Source: Camelus dromedarius
Taxonomy: Eukaryota
DNA length: 64,000 nt
Reading direction: 5' to 3'
Assembly (NCBI RefSeq): GCF_036321535.1
Contig: NC_087437.1
Coordinates: 68,760,001 to 68,824,000, forward strand
Below, in pieces: positions 63,741-64,000 of the stretch (positions are counted from its first letter, which is position 1; every line of letters starts with the position of its first letter). Both the position numbers and the translations under genes were made by a program. The notes under the pieces are model-generated. The model made no database searches. It was not told the origin of the DNA and saw only the letters and a program-made list of their open reading frames with translations.

Positions 63741-64000
63741 AGGTGCACTCTTTCCATTCAAAGAGTTTTGGGGTTAGGAGGTTGAAGTGGGAGAAATAGC
63801 ACATGTGACTATGCAGTGACCCGTGAGAACTTAGAATGCAGCAGGAACTGAAAAAGCCAAACATCTCTATCCCTGTGAGTCCAGAAAGAAGGGCAAAACT
63901 TAAATTGGAAGGATACCAAAGCCACATCATGTAGATTATCCAGATGGAAACCATTTTGGGACTTTAAACAAGAAGGTGAGGGGATCCACTGTACTTGTAA

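Noticed and set aside
1..64000. Assignment of a host gene or a novel multi-gene system
   Set aside because: No recognisable coding exon, RNA gene or CpG island; identity would require mapping to an annotated genome.

Overview
AT-rich, CpG-poor mammalian genomic DNA, most likely camelid (alpaca/camel), judged from two tRNA-derived SINEs of the Vic-1 type and young L1 3' ends. The window looks intronic or intergenic. I recognise no protein-coding gene, RNA gene or CpG island, and the ORF-track entries are explained by L1/LTR fossils, microsatellites or chance. Much of the sequence is transposon debris: L1, L2, MIR, MaLR/ERV LTRs, a MER53-like hAT element and a probable Tip100-type transposase fossil. 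Several insertions have readable target-site duplications (TSDs). Points worth a second look: (i) a tailless internal L1 ORF2 fragment flanked by a 9-bp TSD; (ii) two inverted L1 copies sharing the same ORF2 deletion, one with an ORF1-plus-3'-end architecture; (iii) a nested four-layer insertion; (iv) a chain of well-formed minus-strand candidate exons with a possible TATA box and small ORFs; (v) several dense transcription-factor motif clusters. I cannot support a new biological system here; the transcript and peptide ideas are hypotheses. Repeat family names are from memory of consensus sequences, not a database search, and most repeat boundaries without a TSD are approximate.
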